A stretch of DNA of 62,972 nt, filler included. It is 14 parts of 14 records of this genome, joined end to end, with 100 filler letters (N's around TTAATTAATTAA, not from the genome) between each part and the next. Parts side by side here need not be neighbours in the genome. Positions count along the whole stretch, not along the records: positions 11,382 to 14,870 come from SRR15195285_2420; positions 14,971 to 18,013 come from SRR15195285_2421; positions 18,114 to 25,743 come from SRR15195285_2422; 11 more parts are not named here. One strand, 5' to 3'. Positions 11,800 to 23,589 of this stretch are shown here, piece after piece; position 1 is the first letter of the stretch; the number at the start of each line of letters is the position of its first letter. The translations under genes and the position numbers were made by a program. The notes beneath the pieces are model-generated. The model was not told the DNA's origin. It ran no database searches and saw only the letters and a program-made list of their open reading frames with translations.

Positions 11800-14225
11800 T
11801 CAGCGCGCCGGCAGCTCCGCATTTAGAGTGATCATGTCTCCCATCAATCCTGGACTGTGTACGTGGACTTCAAGTTTCCCCGCCACGCCTGCCTTGGTCT
11901 GGATCAACACACGCCCAAGGCCGTTGAAGGCGTTGCGACTATGGCTCTTGTCGGGCGTCAAATCACTTGGGTTCCCGTTCGCAACACCCAAGAGCCTTCC
12001 AGCGCCCACAACGCTGTAGCTGATCAAACTGTCCGCAGTAGGAACGATGTATCCTTCTTTGTCTTGTACTTCGACGCGCAGGATGCCTACGTCCATGCCA
12101 TCTGCTAGTAGCGTTGATGGTGCCGATCCAGAGCCCGCCTCTTCAACTGAGAGACGGAGCTTGGCTGCCGGGCCCGCAGTTGTAACAACGTCCGTTGCGA
12201 TAACGCGCCCGGCGTCGTCGTATCCTTTTGCACCAAGCACACCTTCTTTGAACGTGACGTTCCATTCAGCCCATCCGAGTTTGCGAACGGTCTGATTGCC
12301 TACGACCTGCCCATCAAGCTCGAGCAAGACGCTGTGCGCGTTTGTGTACGCGCGCACTAGCTTCTGCTTGCCACGATCTGTAGAGGGAAAACTCCAATGT
12401 GGCAACAGATGCAAGACTGGCTTGTTTGTCCACTGAGACTGAAACCAGTAGTACGAATCCTTCTTGAAGCCCGCGATGTCCAAGATCCCAAATTGGGAGT
12501 TGATGTTCTGCGGGAACGCTGGCTCGCCTTTGTAATCGTAGCCGGTCCAATAAAATCCGCCGCTCACGTAGTCATCTCCGCTGATTTGCTCCCATGTTTG
12601 GGGATATCCAGACAGTGTACCATCGAAGCTCATCATCGCCGACTCGTACACGTCCTTGTAGCCTTTCCCCTCATCAGTTTCATAAATGCCCCTTGTGCTT
12701 TCGCCTCGGCTGCACTCGGAGCTGATCAGCGGTTGTGAGCTGTGATTCTTGTGATACCCTAGCCAATCTTGGAAGTTGTAGTTGAATCCTTCTACGTCGA
12801 GCTCTGAGCTTAGACAGTCCTCTGTACAATAGTCCTTTGCACCGAAGTTGATCGCGCCCGTTACTGGCCGAGTTGGGTCGAGCACCTTGATCGCGAGTAT
12901 GGCATCCTTGCCCCGAGTGAGCTCCTCTTGCTCTGTACGCGCGACGCATCCAATCTCGTTGCATAGCGACCACCATATGATACTTGGGTGGTTACGGTCA
13001 CGTTTCACAAGCGATTCTACGTTTGTGATTACGCCTTCGCCGATGTATACAAAGTCACTCGGTAGCTTGAACGAGAAAGAGGTGTAGCCTGACTTATGTC
13101 GGCCGACGAAGCGCCCGTTCACGTACCGTAAACCAGTGCATCTCTGTACGCACCAGCAAACTCTAGGCTTAGCTCGCGGTCCTTGTCAGCGGCAGAGAGC
13201 GAAAACTTTCTGCGGTACCTGTTCCGTACAATTGTAGCTTCGAATATGTAAAAAAAGCTACGCTAGCATGTATGTTTCTATCTATGCCATGCATAAACAT
13301 AGATATTGTACAGAAGAAAATACCACCCGATGCCCTTCGGTAGATATCCATGTGACTTGTCACCATTGACCATGTCAGGTGTACCCTCCACGACAAAATC
13401 GTGGGGCAGCGACTTGACTGCCCAGGAGCTGTCGTCGAAGTCGCGTCCAGCAGCACCGGTTGCGCGCTCGGTCGGGCCTGGGGCGAACACGTGCTGTGGT
13501 ACTCGCCGCGAGCCACCTACCCATCCGTTCGTTTGCTTGCACGCCGTGCTGGAGTTCCAGTCGTTGCCCCACCCAATCCAACACGTTCCTATGGCGAGGC
13601 ACGAGTCGATCGCACAGTTCAGGACATACAAACGCACACGCTATGATACGGAACACCTATGACACGGGCCACCTGATGGAACGCAAGGCTGGGCCTACCG
13701 TTCTCGGCCAAAACGCCGCCGCCAACATAGCAGCCGCCCTTAGTTTCCTTTGGGCACCAGTTCCAGACAGAGCACTCCTCGTTGTTTGCGCAGCAGATTG
13801 AACGACACGTTTCCTGGTCGATGCTTCCGGGGCCTGTGTTGTACCAGCCCTGGCCGAGCGCCGAACCACCTGGGTACACGCGCACCAGCCCTCTGCACCC
13901 GGTGTCACTCTCCAAGGGCTCGAACAGCCCCTGGTGGCAAATCTGTTTCCGGACCAGCTCGCCGAGCAGCGCGCCCTGCAACCAAGCAATCGAGCTTGAG
14001 AGTCAGAGTCAGAGTCAGAGAGCGCGCGCGAGAGAGAGAGAGTCGGAGAACGTCGGACAGCGCTGCAGTCACCTCGCTCTCGCCCGGGTTCACATGACTA
14101 AACCGCCAGTCCAAATCAAGCGAGATGACCTCACGGCCCGCCTCCGCCGTGCTGAAAGTGCCCGTCAGCAGGAGGACGACCGTACACAGTACTACCAGCG
14201 ACAGTCTCTGATCAGGATGACCCAT
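11800..14225 (-). pseudogene. GH2 beta-galactosidase-like gene, multi-exon, with a 5-nt frameshift and apparently lacking a large internal segment
   Basis: Signal peptide, ISLDLDWRF, FDDSSW..LPHDF, GIGW|YRRKF, GYTSF, RDRNHPSIIWWSLCNE, WTGYDYKGEP, FGILDIAGFKKD, NGNPSD..AFNG. Frame broken at about 13121-13130; GYTSF lies only about 25 aa before RDRNHPS. Confidence 0.75.
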
Positions 14226-14870
14226 TACGGTGGCTCAGGAAGTGCGTATGGCGTGCTTGCTAGTGAGGCGTCGCTGATGCTTCACCGCCTGCGTGTCCAC
14301 TCGACGCTCGCTCCTCCCTCCAGTCCAGCGGCCCTCGCTATCTATCTCGTATCTGTATACTAGCAGGTAGTAGGGTGCTCTCGCGATCGCGCCGTGTGCC
14401 GCAGCACAGGTTACGTTCCACGTTCCTGACGCTACCAGCAACGCTCACTGAAGAAGTGCCAGCAGCGGTCCACTGCCTGGGCAGCGCAGCCGTATCGCCG
14501 GACGCCGGCGCGGTGGACCCCGCGTGTGGTGTACTATATATACAGAAATGTATAGTATTAGCTGCCCATGCAGGCCCGCGCGGGGGTCTACGCGGAGGAC
14601 GACGGACGGAGACCGCGCGCGAGACGAGTCGATCCGAGACTGCGCGCGCAGTGCCCAGGTAGGGAGGCTTTAGAAGTTGTATTATGCAGCAAGTGTGTTA
14701 CACACACCGTAAGTTGATTGAACATGTGACTCCCGGGGTCAAATGTTGAGTTACTAACTGGCAGATGCACAGGAAAACTCGTATCGATGGAGGAGTGAGA
14801 ATGGAGTTCTGTCTGTACAGTAGTATGAAAAAGTCAAACATACTCAGGAAACAAGTACGACTCGCTGCAA

Positions 14871-14970
14871 NNNNNNNNNNNNNNNNNNNNNNNNNNNNNN
14901 NNNNNNNNNNNNNNTTAATTAATTAANNNNNNNNNNNNNNNNNNNNNNNNNNNNNNNNNNNNNNNNNNNN
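14871..14970. other. Artificial contig linker
   Basis: 44N-TTAATTAATTAA-44N. Confidence 0.99.
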
Positions 14971-15049
14971 AAGAAGATGTTCAGCGACAGGACTTACCGA
15001 CACGAGCCTCAGTACGAGATGGAAGTAGTAGCTGAAACAATTGGCGTTA
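14971..15049 (+). repeat. Left arm of inverted repeat (partner 17935-18013)
   Basis: 79 nt matching the reverse complement of the other contig end with 4 mismatches. Confidence 0.95.
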
Positions 15050-15198
15050 ACCACAAGCTGCACCTCCCAAATGAAACAACCCTATTGATTCATTGGTCGC
15101 GCTACAAACGCCCCAGTTGTGTACGACTGAAGCAAACGCAAGCGCTCTCCTTGTGTATACATGCGTTAGGCAGTTGCAATCGTGGGGCTTAGCTTGCA

Positions 15199-18013
15199 TC
15201 ACAAGTGTGGCTCGCAACGTGTACAGACACGCAGCCGTTGCGCCGATCGTGTCTCCATCACCCTATGCGGAGTAGAAGACTCCAGCCATCGATACAGGTG
15301 TCGTCTCGCCCGGGAGCAACCATCACACACCACCCAACCACACGCACGGCAGTGGTGCGGCCGCACGAGCATCCCGAAGTTATTTGCACACAGCATACAC
15401 TGCTTGACCTCGGAGTTTACCATCCAACGTGGACTGGCCTGGGCAGTCGGCTCTGGGTCACGGTGCATTCGAGGACTTCTACAAGCGGCAGACCTGGTGG
15501 ACCTAGACTTAAGTCTAGGCATATCGTCTGACTCGCTCTCGAAGCCGTCCTCCTTGTCATCGCTCCAATCGTCACTAGCGTTGCCATCGTGTGCTCCATT
15601 CGAGTGGATTGAGTGATACTTGAGCTCCACTCGAAGCAAAAAGGCAGCGTACGTCTGCAAACCTTTTTTGATCTTGTCCACCTTTTCTCCAGCCGTCTTC
15701 CTCATAGCTGTGCCAAGTGCGCGCTTCCAGCCTTTTCCTAGCCCAACTAATTCGTTGACCTTATCGCCAAACTCGCCTGAGCTCAGGTTGCACCCTGGGC
15801 ATCTTTCGACTATTATCGAAAATGTGCGTGCAAATCCTTCAGCCAACTTCTCTCGTACGACTGACTTCCAACCACCGTCTACATCATCGCCACACTCCAC
15901 CATAACTAGCTCAGGACGTATACTTGAGTCGAACGAAATTGTGTCACGCTTTGCCATGACGAAATTTTTTGTGTGTACACGCCCTTCACTGTCTGTGAAT
16001 TTCAAGTGAACCGGCTTCCAAACCTCGATGACGATCTCGTAATCGTAGAACAGGTTGGTTGACGTCGTAGCCACACTCTTCGCAGCACCAGCAAGATTCA
16101 TGTCCATCAGATTGCCTGTAATCCCAGCAGCAGTGTCTCGATCTGCTGTTCGCACATGCAACCATTGCAAGCCCATATCAAAAAGGTTCCGACGCCAGCC
16201 GATCTTGCTATCGGAATGTAAAGAAAGTGGCTGCTCCAGCCCAATTCCACGCGGAAACTCGCTGGTCCGCAAGTACTGGTGGTATCCTCTACTCGTCATT
16301 GTGTTGCCCTCATTCCGTGCGATTTGCAGATCCTCAGATGCTGGCTCAGTGGCTACTTGTTCTTCGGCATCAAACAATTCCTTGCCGACAGGTGCGTACA
16401 TGTGGTACGCGCGAGTGGCAACCGTCGCGAACGGTTCGTTTAGATCAATTGTGACTGCATCCGGTATATCGATCCAAATTTTGTCTGAGTTGCTGTTCCA
16501 GCTGTGCTCTGAATCGCTGTCGGTGCCGTCCACGATCTCGCTGCCTGACCAGGACTCTAAGTCGTTGTCCGAGCTGGACTCCGAATCACTGTCGACGCTA
16601 GACACTGAATCACTGTCGACGCTAGACTCTGAATCACTATCGACGGTGGACACCGACTCGCTGTCCGAGATATATTTCTTGTGATTTCTCGAGTCTTTGC
16701 GAATGTCAGAGCGACGACGCCTCCATTCTTCCCATTTTGAGCGCGACGCCTCTACCTTTACGTTAATCGGCATCAAAATCCAGTCCTTTGATTTTGCAGT
16801 GGTATCGCCCCTGCTGGTGTTAATGCACATCTGATGTAGTGTGGCAGTCATCCTGTCGCCTTGTCGTCCATCATTTCGTACAGATGCGGATTCAAGTGAT
16901 ACAACAATGCACGCCAAATTAGCGATGCGACCATCAGCCGCCGGAATTAAAATTTCAACGTTCGATAGCTTCACATCTATTTCCACTGAGCGTTTGTTCA
17001 GTTGCGGTAGATGCATGTATCTGTGTGCCCGCAGCTCTTCCAGCCCGCTGTTTTTTTTTAAGCCGGCTATCATTTCTCTAAAGAACGCGTACAAGTACTT
17101 CATCTGGAAGGCGTTCAGTACAATTCGAATGGGCCACACCCTAAATTTGACGCGAAGATCAATGTTTTTGCTTCGAGCCTAGTCACCACCCAACACATTA
17201 GATGCATCGGAGAAGATTTAGCAAATCGAGCCGTCAGGCACTGCACCAGTGCTTACCTTCAGCCGCGTCAAAGTGCAAACTTGTTCACTTTCATACTTGT
17301 GCTCAACACACAGCACCAGTTTGCCGCATCTTAGAATTTGATTCATCTGGCTCTCCTTATCGTCAAGTATTTCAGTGCTGATGACAGAAGCGTCTTTACC
17401 TTGATTCTCTTTTGGTATCATCACCATGTCCGTGAGCTCAAAACGAAAACTGCGTGAACCATTCTGCCGCATCGCCCTGCCAGCATGCATGGCAATGTTC
17501 AGAATGGCGAGACGATAACCATAGCTGGGCGCCTGGGTGAACTTACACGTCCGCTTGCAGATTGCACAGCTCAGCAACTACTTCTACGTTCTTGTGAGAA
17601 AGTTCTAGCGATGCTTTTTTCAACAGTGCACGCAGACGCATTTTTGTCCACTCTGCCGGTGGGTCCTCGTCAACATCCTCGTCCTCTTCACTGGTGTCCT
17701 GGATCTTATGGTGGGTAGAGCACTTGCAAAAGCAGCCTATGTGCAAGCGCTGAGAACAACTATGGCAAGAACCGTATCGAAGAATGTGACAGTTTGAGCC
17801 TCGACTTGAATCTAGGCTCTGCTGATCCGTTGGAACGCGTTCGTCCTCGATATCTTCCTCCACAGCATGTCGTTCTAATGACAGGAGAGTAGTGAAAACA
17901 TTTCCCAAGCAGCGGACCGTTGTCGAGTTGAGTCTAATACCAATTGTTTCAGCTATTACTTCCATCTCGTACTGAGGCTCGTATCGGTAAGTCCTGTCGC
18001 TGAACATCTTCTT
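15199..18013 (-). CDS. 5'-partial VPS13/chorein-like protein with C-terminal FYVE domain; introns 17477-17546 and 17179-17256
   Basis: FYVE: WMVNSEVKQCMLC..F..RPHHCRACGWVVCDGCS..RVCTRC. Upstream beta-rich segments (PIRIVLN..LYAFF; IDVKLSNVEILIP..IVVSLESASVRN) resemble VPS13 repeats. GTAAG..AG introns keep the frame. Confidence 0.65.
16578..16665. repeat. 24-bp coding tandem repeat (about 3 copies, Ser/Asp-rich SxSSVDSD)
   Basis: gaatcactgtcgacgctagac units spaced 24 nt apart. Confidence 0.8.
17935..18013 (-). repeat. Right arm of inverted repeat (partner 14971-15049); lies within coding sequence
   Basis: Encodes MFSDRTYRYEPQYEMEVIAETIG versus MFSDRTYRHEPQYEMEVVAETIG on the left arm. Confidence 0.95.
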
Positions 18014-18113
18014 NNNNNNNNNNNNNNNNNNNNNNNNNNNNNNNNNNNNNNNNNNNNTTAATTAATTAANNNNNNNNNNNNNNNNNNNNNNNNNNNNNNN
18101 NNNNNNNNNNNNN
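18014..18113. other. Artificial contig linker
   Basis: 44N-TTAATTAATTAA-44N. Confidence 0.99.
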
Positions 18114-21100
18114 AGCCCCGCCAGCCCCGCCAGCCCCGCCAGCGCCGCCTCCTGGCTCACCCTTCCGCTGGGTGCTGGGATCCTTCCCGGAGATCAACCC
18201 AGAGACAAATGCCCACTTCCCAGCCAGTAGCTGCGACGAAGTGTGTGCCGACGTGTCATCTCCGACTGGAGCGGTCTGTATGCAGTCTGCGCTGGATGCG
18301 CTGAATTCAAATTCAGCCACAGAATTTAGTGATGACGCTTTTTTCAACGTAGCGCTTCAGTCCGGAATCCGCAATTGTCGGGTTGATTCCATGTGTGTCT
18401 CTTCTCCGTACCACGGGAACACCAACCAGTGCGTGCAATGGGGTGCGCCTTACATCCGCGACGATCAGCTCGCTGGCAACGAGTGTATGAGCACTATGGG
18501 AGGCGGCGGCCCAGTTGCACCGTGTGGGCAGGTTCCAGTCGATATCAACCACAACCGACTGTGTCCGTGTGCGCCGTTGACGGAGCAGCTTTGTGTCGGA
18601 AACCCTGACCCGACGATCGACATCGATTGCGCAGTGGCGGGAATGGTACTGCATGCAGAGGGAGCTGTCGGCGACAGCGTTGCCTTGTGCTGCAAGGAAC
18701 CACCCCCTCCCTCTCCTGCTCCGTGTCCGTGTTTTGGTAACACGTTCAGCGACCTGTGCAATTGGGAGAACGTTGACTGCCACTGGCAAGGAATGCAGCC
18801 ACGCGCTGATGATGCTACGTACGTTTTTGGGCTCAATTCCGACTACGACTCCGTGATGAATCGTGGTGACAAGTTCTCACAGTGTTGCACTGGCGAATCC
18901 AACGGAGGATCTAGTGGAGAAATAATGGAAGGCGACGCCCTCTTTGACAATGACCTGACGCCTAGAGACGGTGACCTTGAAGCGGCCTGCGCTCCCGGGC
19001 CGGACGGAAACAACGGCAACCCTGGGCCAGTAGGGTATACTCGGGGCATCAACTCGTGTGGCGCAATCTTCCAGGCCAACATGCTCCAGTGCGGGCCCGC
19101 CGGTCTGATCGACTTTAGCACAGAGTTTGGGCGAAGGGTGATGTGCGGCGATGCGTGTGGTGTTTGCGGTAGCCTTGTTCCTGATTGGCATATCGCCAAC
19201 CCTGATGACCCCTCATGCAACGACTGGACTCTCACAGTGGGTGATAATGTCGCCGTGTCAATCAGAGATGGCCAACACGTGGCCATAGAGCAGTACTCCA
19301 ACCGTGACGATCCGATTTGGTCACCTGGTGGCGACGCCCGCGTCTGCCTTCCTCCTTCGGAGTGCTATACCGTCGTCTTGAGACACTATAACGACGGACC
19401 TGGGGCGAACTGGATGCTGCGTGACACCTTTGGGGTGCCGGTGGCACAGGGTGTGGTTGACACCGGAGATGACATTGAGCAGCAAGTCTGCCACTGTGGC
19501 CACAACGGTGGTCCTCCGTGCCTCAGCTGCACTGGAGTTGCTGCACCCTCTGGAGGAACTCTCGGCGAATGTCCTGTTGACGGCACGATGAGCTCCGGGA
19601 CAGCATGCGATGCAACATGCCCAGAAGGCTTGGTGCAGCCGACAGATTGTTGGAATGGAACACTCAGCTCGCCTAGCTCGTGCTGTGCTCCGGGTTCGTT
19701 CTGGTCCGCCGAATCAGGCGCACCATGTGATGCTTGTCCCGCTGGTAAGATCGATGGCGACTCCAATTCGAGAACTGAGTGTGAAGATTGCCAGCCGGGA
19801 TTCTTCTCTGGCATTGGAGCGACCGAGTGCAGTGCGTGCGCAGAAGGACAATATGCCGCCATGCCAAGCATGAGCGACTGCAACTCTGGGTGGTATGCAC
19901 AAGAAGGAGAACTTCGGCTGGACCGATTCCCTGTCGACACGGCCACTGTAGTGTTCGGCGGCGAGGACACGACTGGGGACGAACACACTATGCAATACGA
20001 GATGGGAAATTGTGCCGTCCTCCAGACTCCAGGTTGTTTACCACCTACCGGGTACTGTACAGAAAATGTTGTGGTTCGGTATGTCTGGTTTCAACACGGG
20101 GCAGGAATTCATGCTCGGTGCGGCAATGAACTCCTTATTGAGAACTCTGCGTTCACCGATAACCTGCTGGCAGGCGAACAGAACAGTTTTATGTATGGAG
20201 CGCTGACACTTGGCCAGAAACCATACCCAGCCACAGCTCGTGTGACAAACACCAGGTTCATCAACAACACAGCCACAGCGGGTGCGCACTCGATCCTTTA
20301 TTACGCCCCCTCTCGAGCGCCAAAATATTACAACAGTTGGCTGGCGTTGTGACAGGGGGCGCGATATACCTTGACTACGATAGTATCGCGTACATTTCGT
20401 CCTGTGAGTTTACGTCGAACTACGCTGCCTATCTGGAGAGCGATCCACGCGCCTGGCCTGGCAGTTCCTGCATCGGATTCGACTGCAATCGTGGGGGCGC
20501 AATCTTTCTCGGTGGACAGGCACAAGCTTATATTGATCGGTCCATCTTTACTGCCAACATCGCGAAAGACGGCGGGGCAATATATGTCCTCGGAGGGACA
20601 GGACTATACATGGGCTTTGGCTCGCTGAGTATTCAAGACAGCTTGTTCCGCCGCAACGCCATCATGGCCCAGAGTACGGAGAAGGGCACTCACATCTACG
20701 CGTCATCTTCTCCGGCGTTTTTCTTCGTCCGCAACACGACCTTCGACCCCATCGATCTGGATAAAGCCGTCGCTCTCAACCGGCTGGCAGGATGCCAGGA
20801 GTTTGCATGCGATCCTGGCAATGCTTGTGTATATTTTGATTACTCACTGTTTTGTAGCCCTTGTGACGTCGGTACGGTGAGCAAAGGTGGTGTTTCCTGC
20901 AATGTGTGCCCGCCTGGGCAAGGCCCAGACTTTAGGCAGGCTGGATGCGTACCTTGCGAGGGCAATACTGTCTCCTCAGCAGGATTCGAGGTGCGTAGCT
21001 TACTGGTGCATGCAACGCTGTCTATATACTATGATATCTGACACGTTGTTGTCGATCACAGTGTACGCCTTGTGGAGCAGGATATGCTGCGTCACCAGAC

Positions 21101-23308
21101 AAGCAATCTTGCATCGATGTTGGCACCGGCAGCGTGACAGATGTTGCACTGGTGACTGATGTACTGAATTCCACTAATTTGGTCCCAAAGATGGCACTCG
21201 TTGCAGAGGTGGAGGATATCGATGCCGTCTTGGCGGATGAGACTGCCCAAGATGCGTACATGCAGCTTCTGGTCCAAGACATCGCTGTCTCTCTAGGGGT
21301 GGACGCGTCTCAAGTGAAGATTTCAAGTCTGCGGCAGGCTGGTGGGTCACAGGGAACAGGAAGGCGAGCGCAGACTGGGAACCAATTATCGTTTGATGTT
21401 GAGATTGTCGGAGACGTTGACTCAGGAGCTACGTTCGCCGCCCTTCAACAGCAGCTAGACGACCCAGGAAGCGCATTGCGTTCCAGCGATACAGCTGGAA
21501 ATATCAACCCCAGCTCTGCGGAGTTTTCGTTCAGGTGTCCGATTGGATTGTATCGCCCTATTGGAGCTGCACAATGCGGAAACTGCGACGACAAGAGCAT
21601 TCCTGATAGCGCAAATGACTTCAGGACGTGCAAGGAGTGCCTTCCAGGGCAAAGTCCGGACGTCACGCACTCACGTTGTGTGTGCGCGGAAGGATACTAC
21701 AACAGTTCGGCCGGGACCAGCATGATTAAATGTTTTGCGGAGGGTGAGGCTTTCAGTGTGCTGGGCACGCCAGATGCCTCCACTGACTGCCAGCTCTGTG
21801 TCGACACAGGTTGCACAGACGACGCCATCACTTGCAGCCGTGGCACAGTCACTCTGCAGGAAGGCTTTGCGCTGTCCCAGGCAGGGCTTGCGCAAGGCCT
21901 TGCATTGAACGATATCGAAGGGCAACGGAACATATATGAGTGCGCAATCAAATCAGCGTGCAGAGGCGACGACCCACAGATACCTTGTGGCTCCGGCTAC
22001 ACAGGGCCGCTCTGCGACTACTGCACTGAAGGGTACTCGAGACCTGGCTTCAGCGGCGAGTGCATGGAGTGTAGCGAAGGTCTGAGCACAGCATGGGTTG
22101 TCTTGGCCGGGCTTGGGGCAGTAGTTGCCGTCACCATAGGACTCTACGTGGTGTCGTCTGTCGACGGTGAAACGGGCAGAATGGCCGTCTTGGTGACACT
22201 AGGCAAGATCGCTGTGGGTCTTATTCAAGTCATCACCCAGTTGGAGTTCTGTCTTCAACTCATATGGCCGGATACGTTCCGATGGTACGTGTGCACATTC
22301 AGGTCGTCGTCGTTTGTGTCGTTTGCAGTGTGGTCAACGCACTAACATATTCATCTTCGTGTTGCGCAACTGATCAGGTTCATCAATCTTCTTAAGGTCT
22401 TTTCAATGGACCTGCTAGGGTTCATTGACATCGGTTGCCTTTCAACGTACACGTACACTGGAAAGTTTTACTTCGCGATTTTTCTGGCGCCCGGCATGTT
22501 AGGAAGTGTCGCTCTAGTATACCAGTTGCGCAAGGGCGTCGAAAACATCCTTAACCGCTGCATTAAGATGGCCCTGACGGTCCTCTTTCTCATTTATCCG
22601 TTCGTCTCGCAGACTGTTTTCCAAGGTTTTTCCTGTCGGGCCCTCGACGAGGACGAGGAGTGGCTCGAAGTTGATTACCAGATATCCTGTCTGAGTGACA
22701 GCTATCTTGCATTCGTGGGCCTTGGCTTTCTAGGTGTCTGCATCTACCCGCTCGGTGTGCCTGCGATGACACTGCTTCTATTAATTAAAAATGGCGGTGA
22801 GATCAAAACTGGTGGGCCTGCCTTCGAGCGCTACGACTTCCTAGTTGCCGATTACAAGCCCGAATTCTACTACTGGGACTGCATTGAGATGCTCCGAAAA
22901 GCTTTGTTGACAGGGGTGTTGATGTTCTTCAACAAGGGCTCGTTGTCGCAGCTCGTGCTTGCAATAATCGTCTGTGTCGGATTCCTCTGCGCCGCTACGT
23001 GGCTGCAACCTTTTGCTAGCCGAACTGCCAACCTCTTCAAGGTCGGCACCGAAGTCACATTGCTAGTGACTATGGTGCTTGTTGTGCTGCTCAAAATTGA
23101 TCTGACGAAGGAGGACATCCCGGGCGGTGAGGACTTCGTGGGTGGGTTGCTACTGCTCACCAACACTGCACTGCCGAGCGCGTCATTCGCGATTGGCTTC
23201 TTGTTCTATGGTTTCGACTCGGTCTCGGCAAAGATCGAGAAAACTCAAGATATCGAGTTCGATTCCAATCCGGTTGCGCAAGGAGACGGCGAAACAGACG
23301 ACGCATGA
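18114..23308 (+). CDS. 5'-partial Cys-rich cell-surface protein with GCC2/GCC3 (ephrin-receptor-like) repeats, GGAI/FxxN beta-helix repeats and a C-terminal approx. 7-TM domain; introns 20282-20355, 20991-21061, 22285-22377
   Basis: CxxCPxG repeats; FINNTATAG|GAIY, RGGAIF, DGGAIY; GYTGPLCDYC; LIYPFVSQTVFQGFSC; YKPEFYYWDCIEMLRKALLTG. The three introns restore one frame. Confidence 0.8.
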
Positions 23309-23589
23309 AGTGGGCAATGCGTTTCAGGACGGCTATACATGGTAGTACGAGCATACTAACGAAATACTGCTATGCATCGTCCATTACAGGGTAGATACCA
23401 ACAGACTTGGCTCAACACGCTTGGCGCAATTTGGCAACCGGGCCTTATAATGATATGGGCCTTATGCCCGGTGTCGTTCAAATTTCAGATCCTCTTCGAA
23501 TCCAATGCCAATAGTGGTTTGGTCCATGATGTTTTGGAAGACAACCTCGTCCATGATCTTCATTGTATGGTCCTTGCATCTTGAGCCGC

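Noticed and set aside
14971-18013. Terminal-inverted-repeat transposon or linear virus/plasmid
   Set aside because: The repeat is ordinary coding sequence of an intron-containing host gene, and there is no transposase, polymerase or capsid gene inside.
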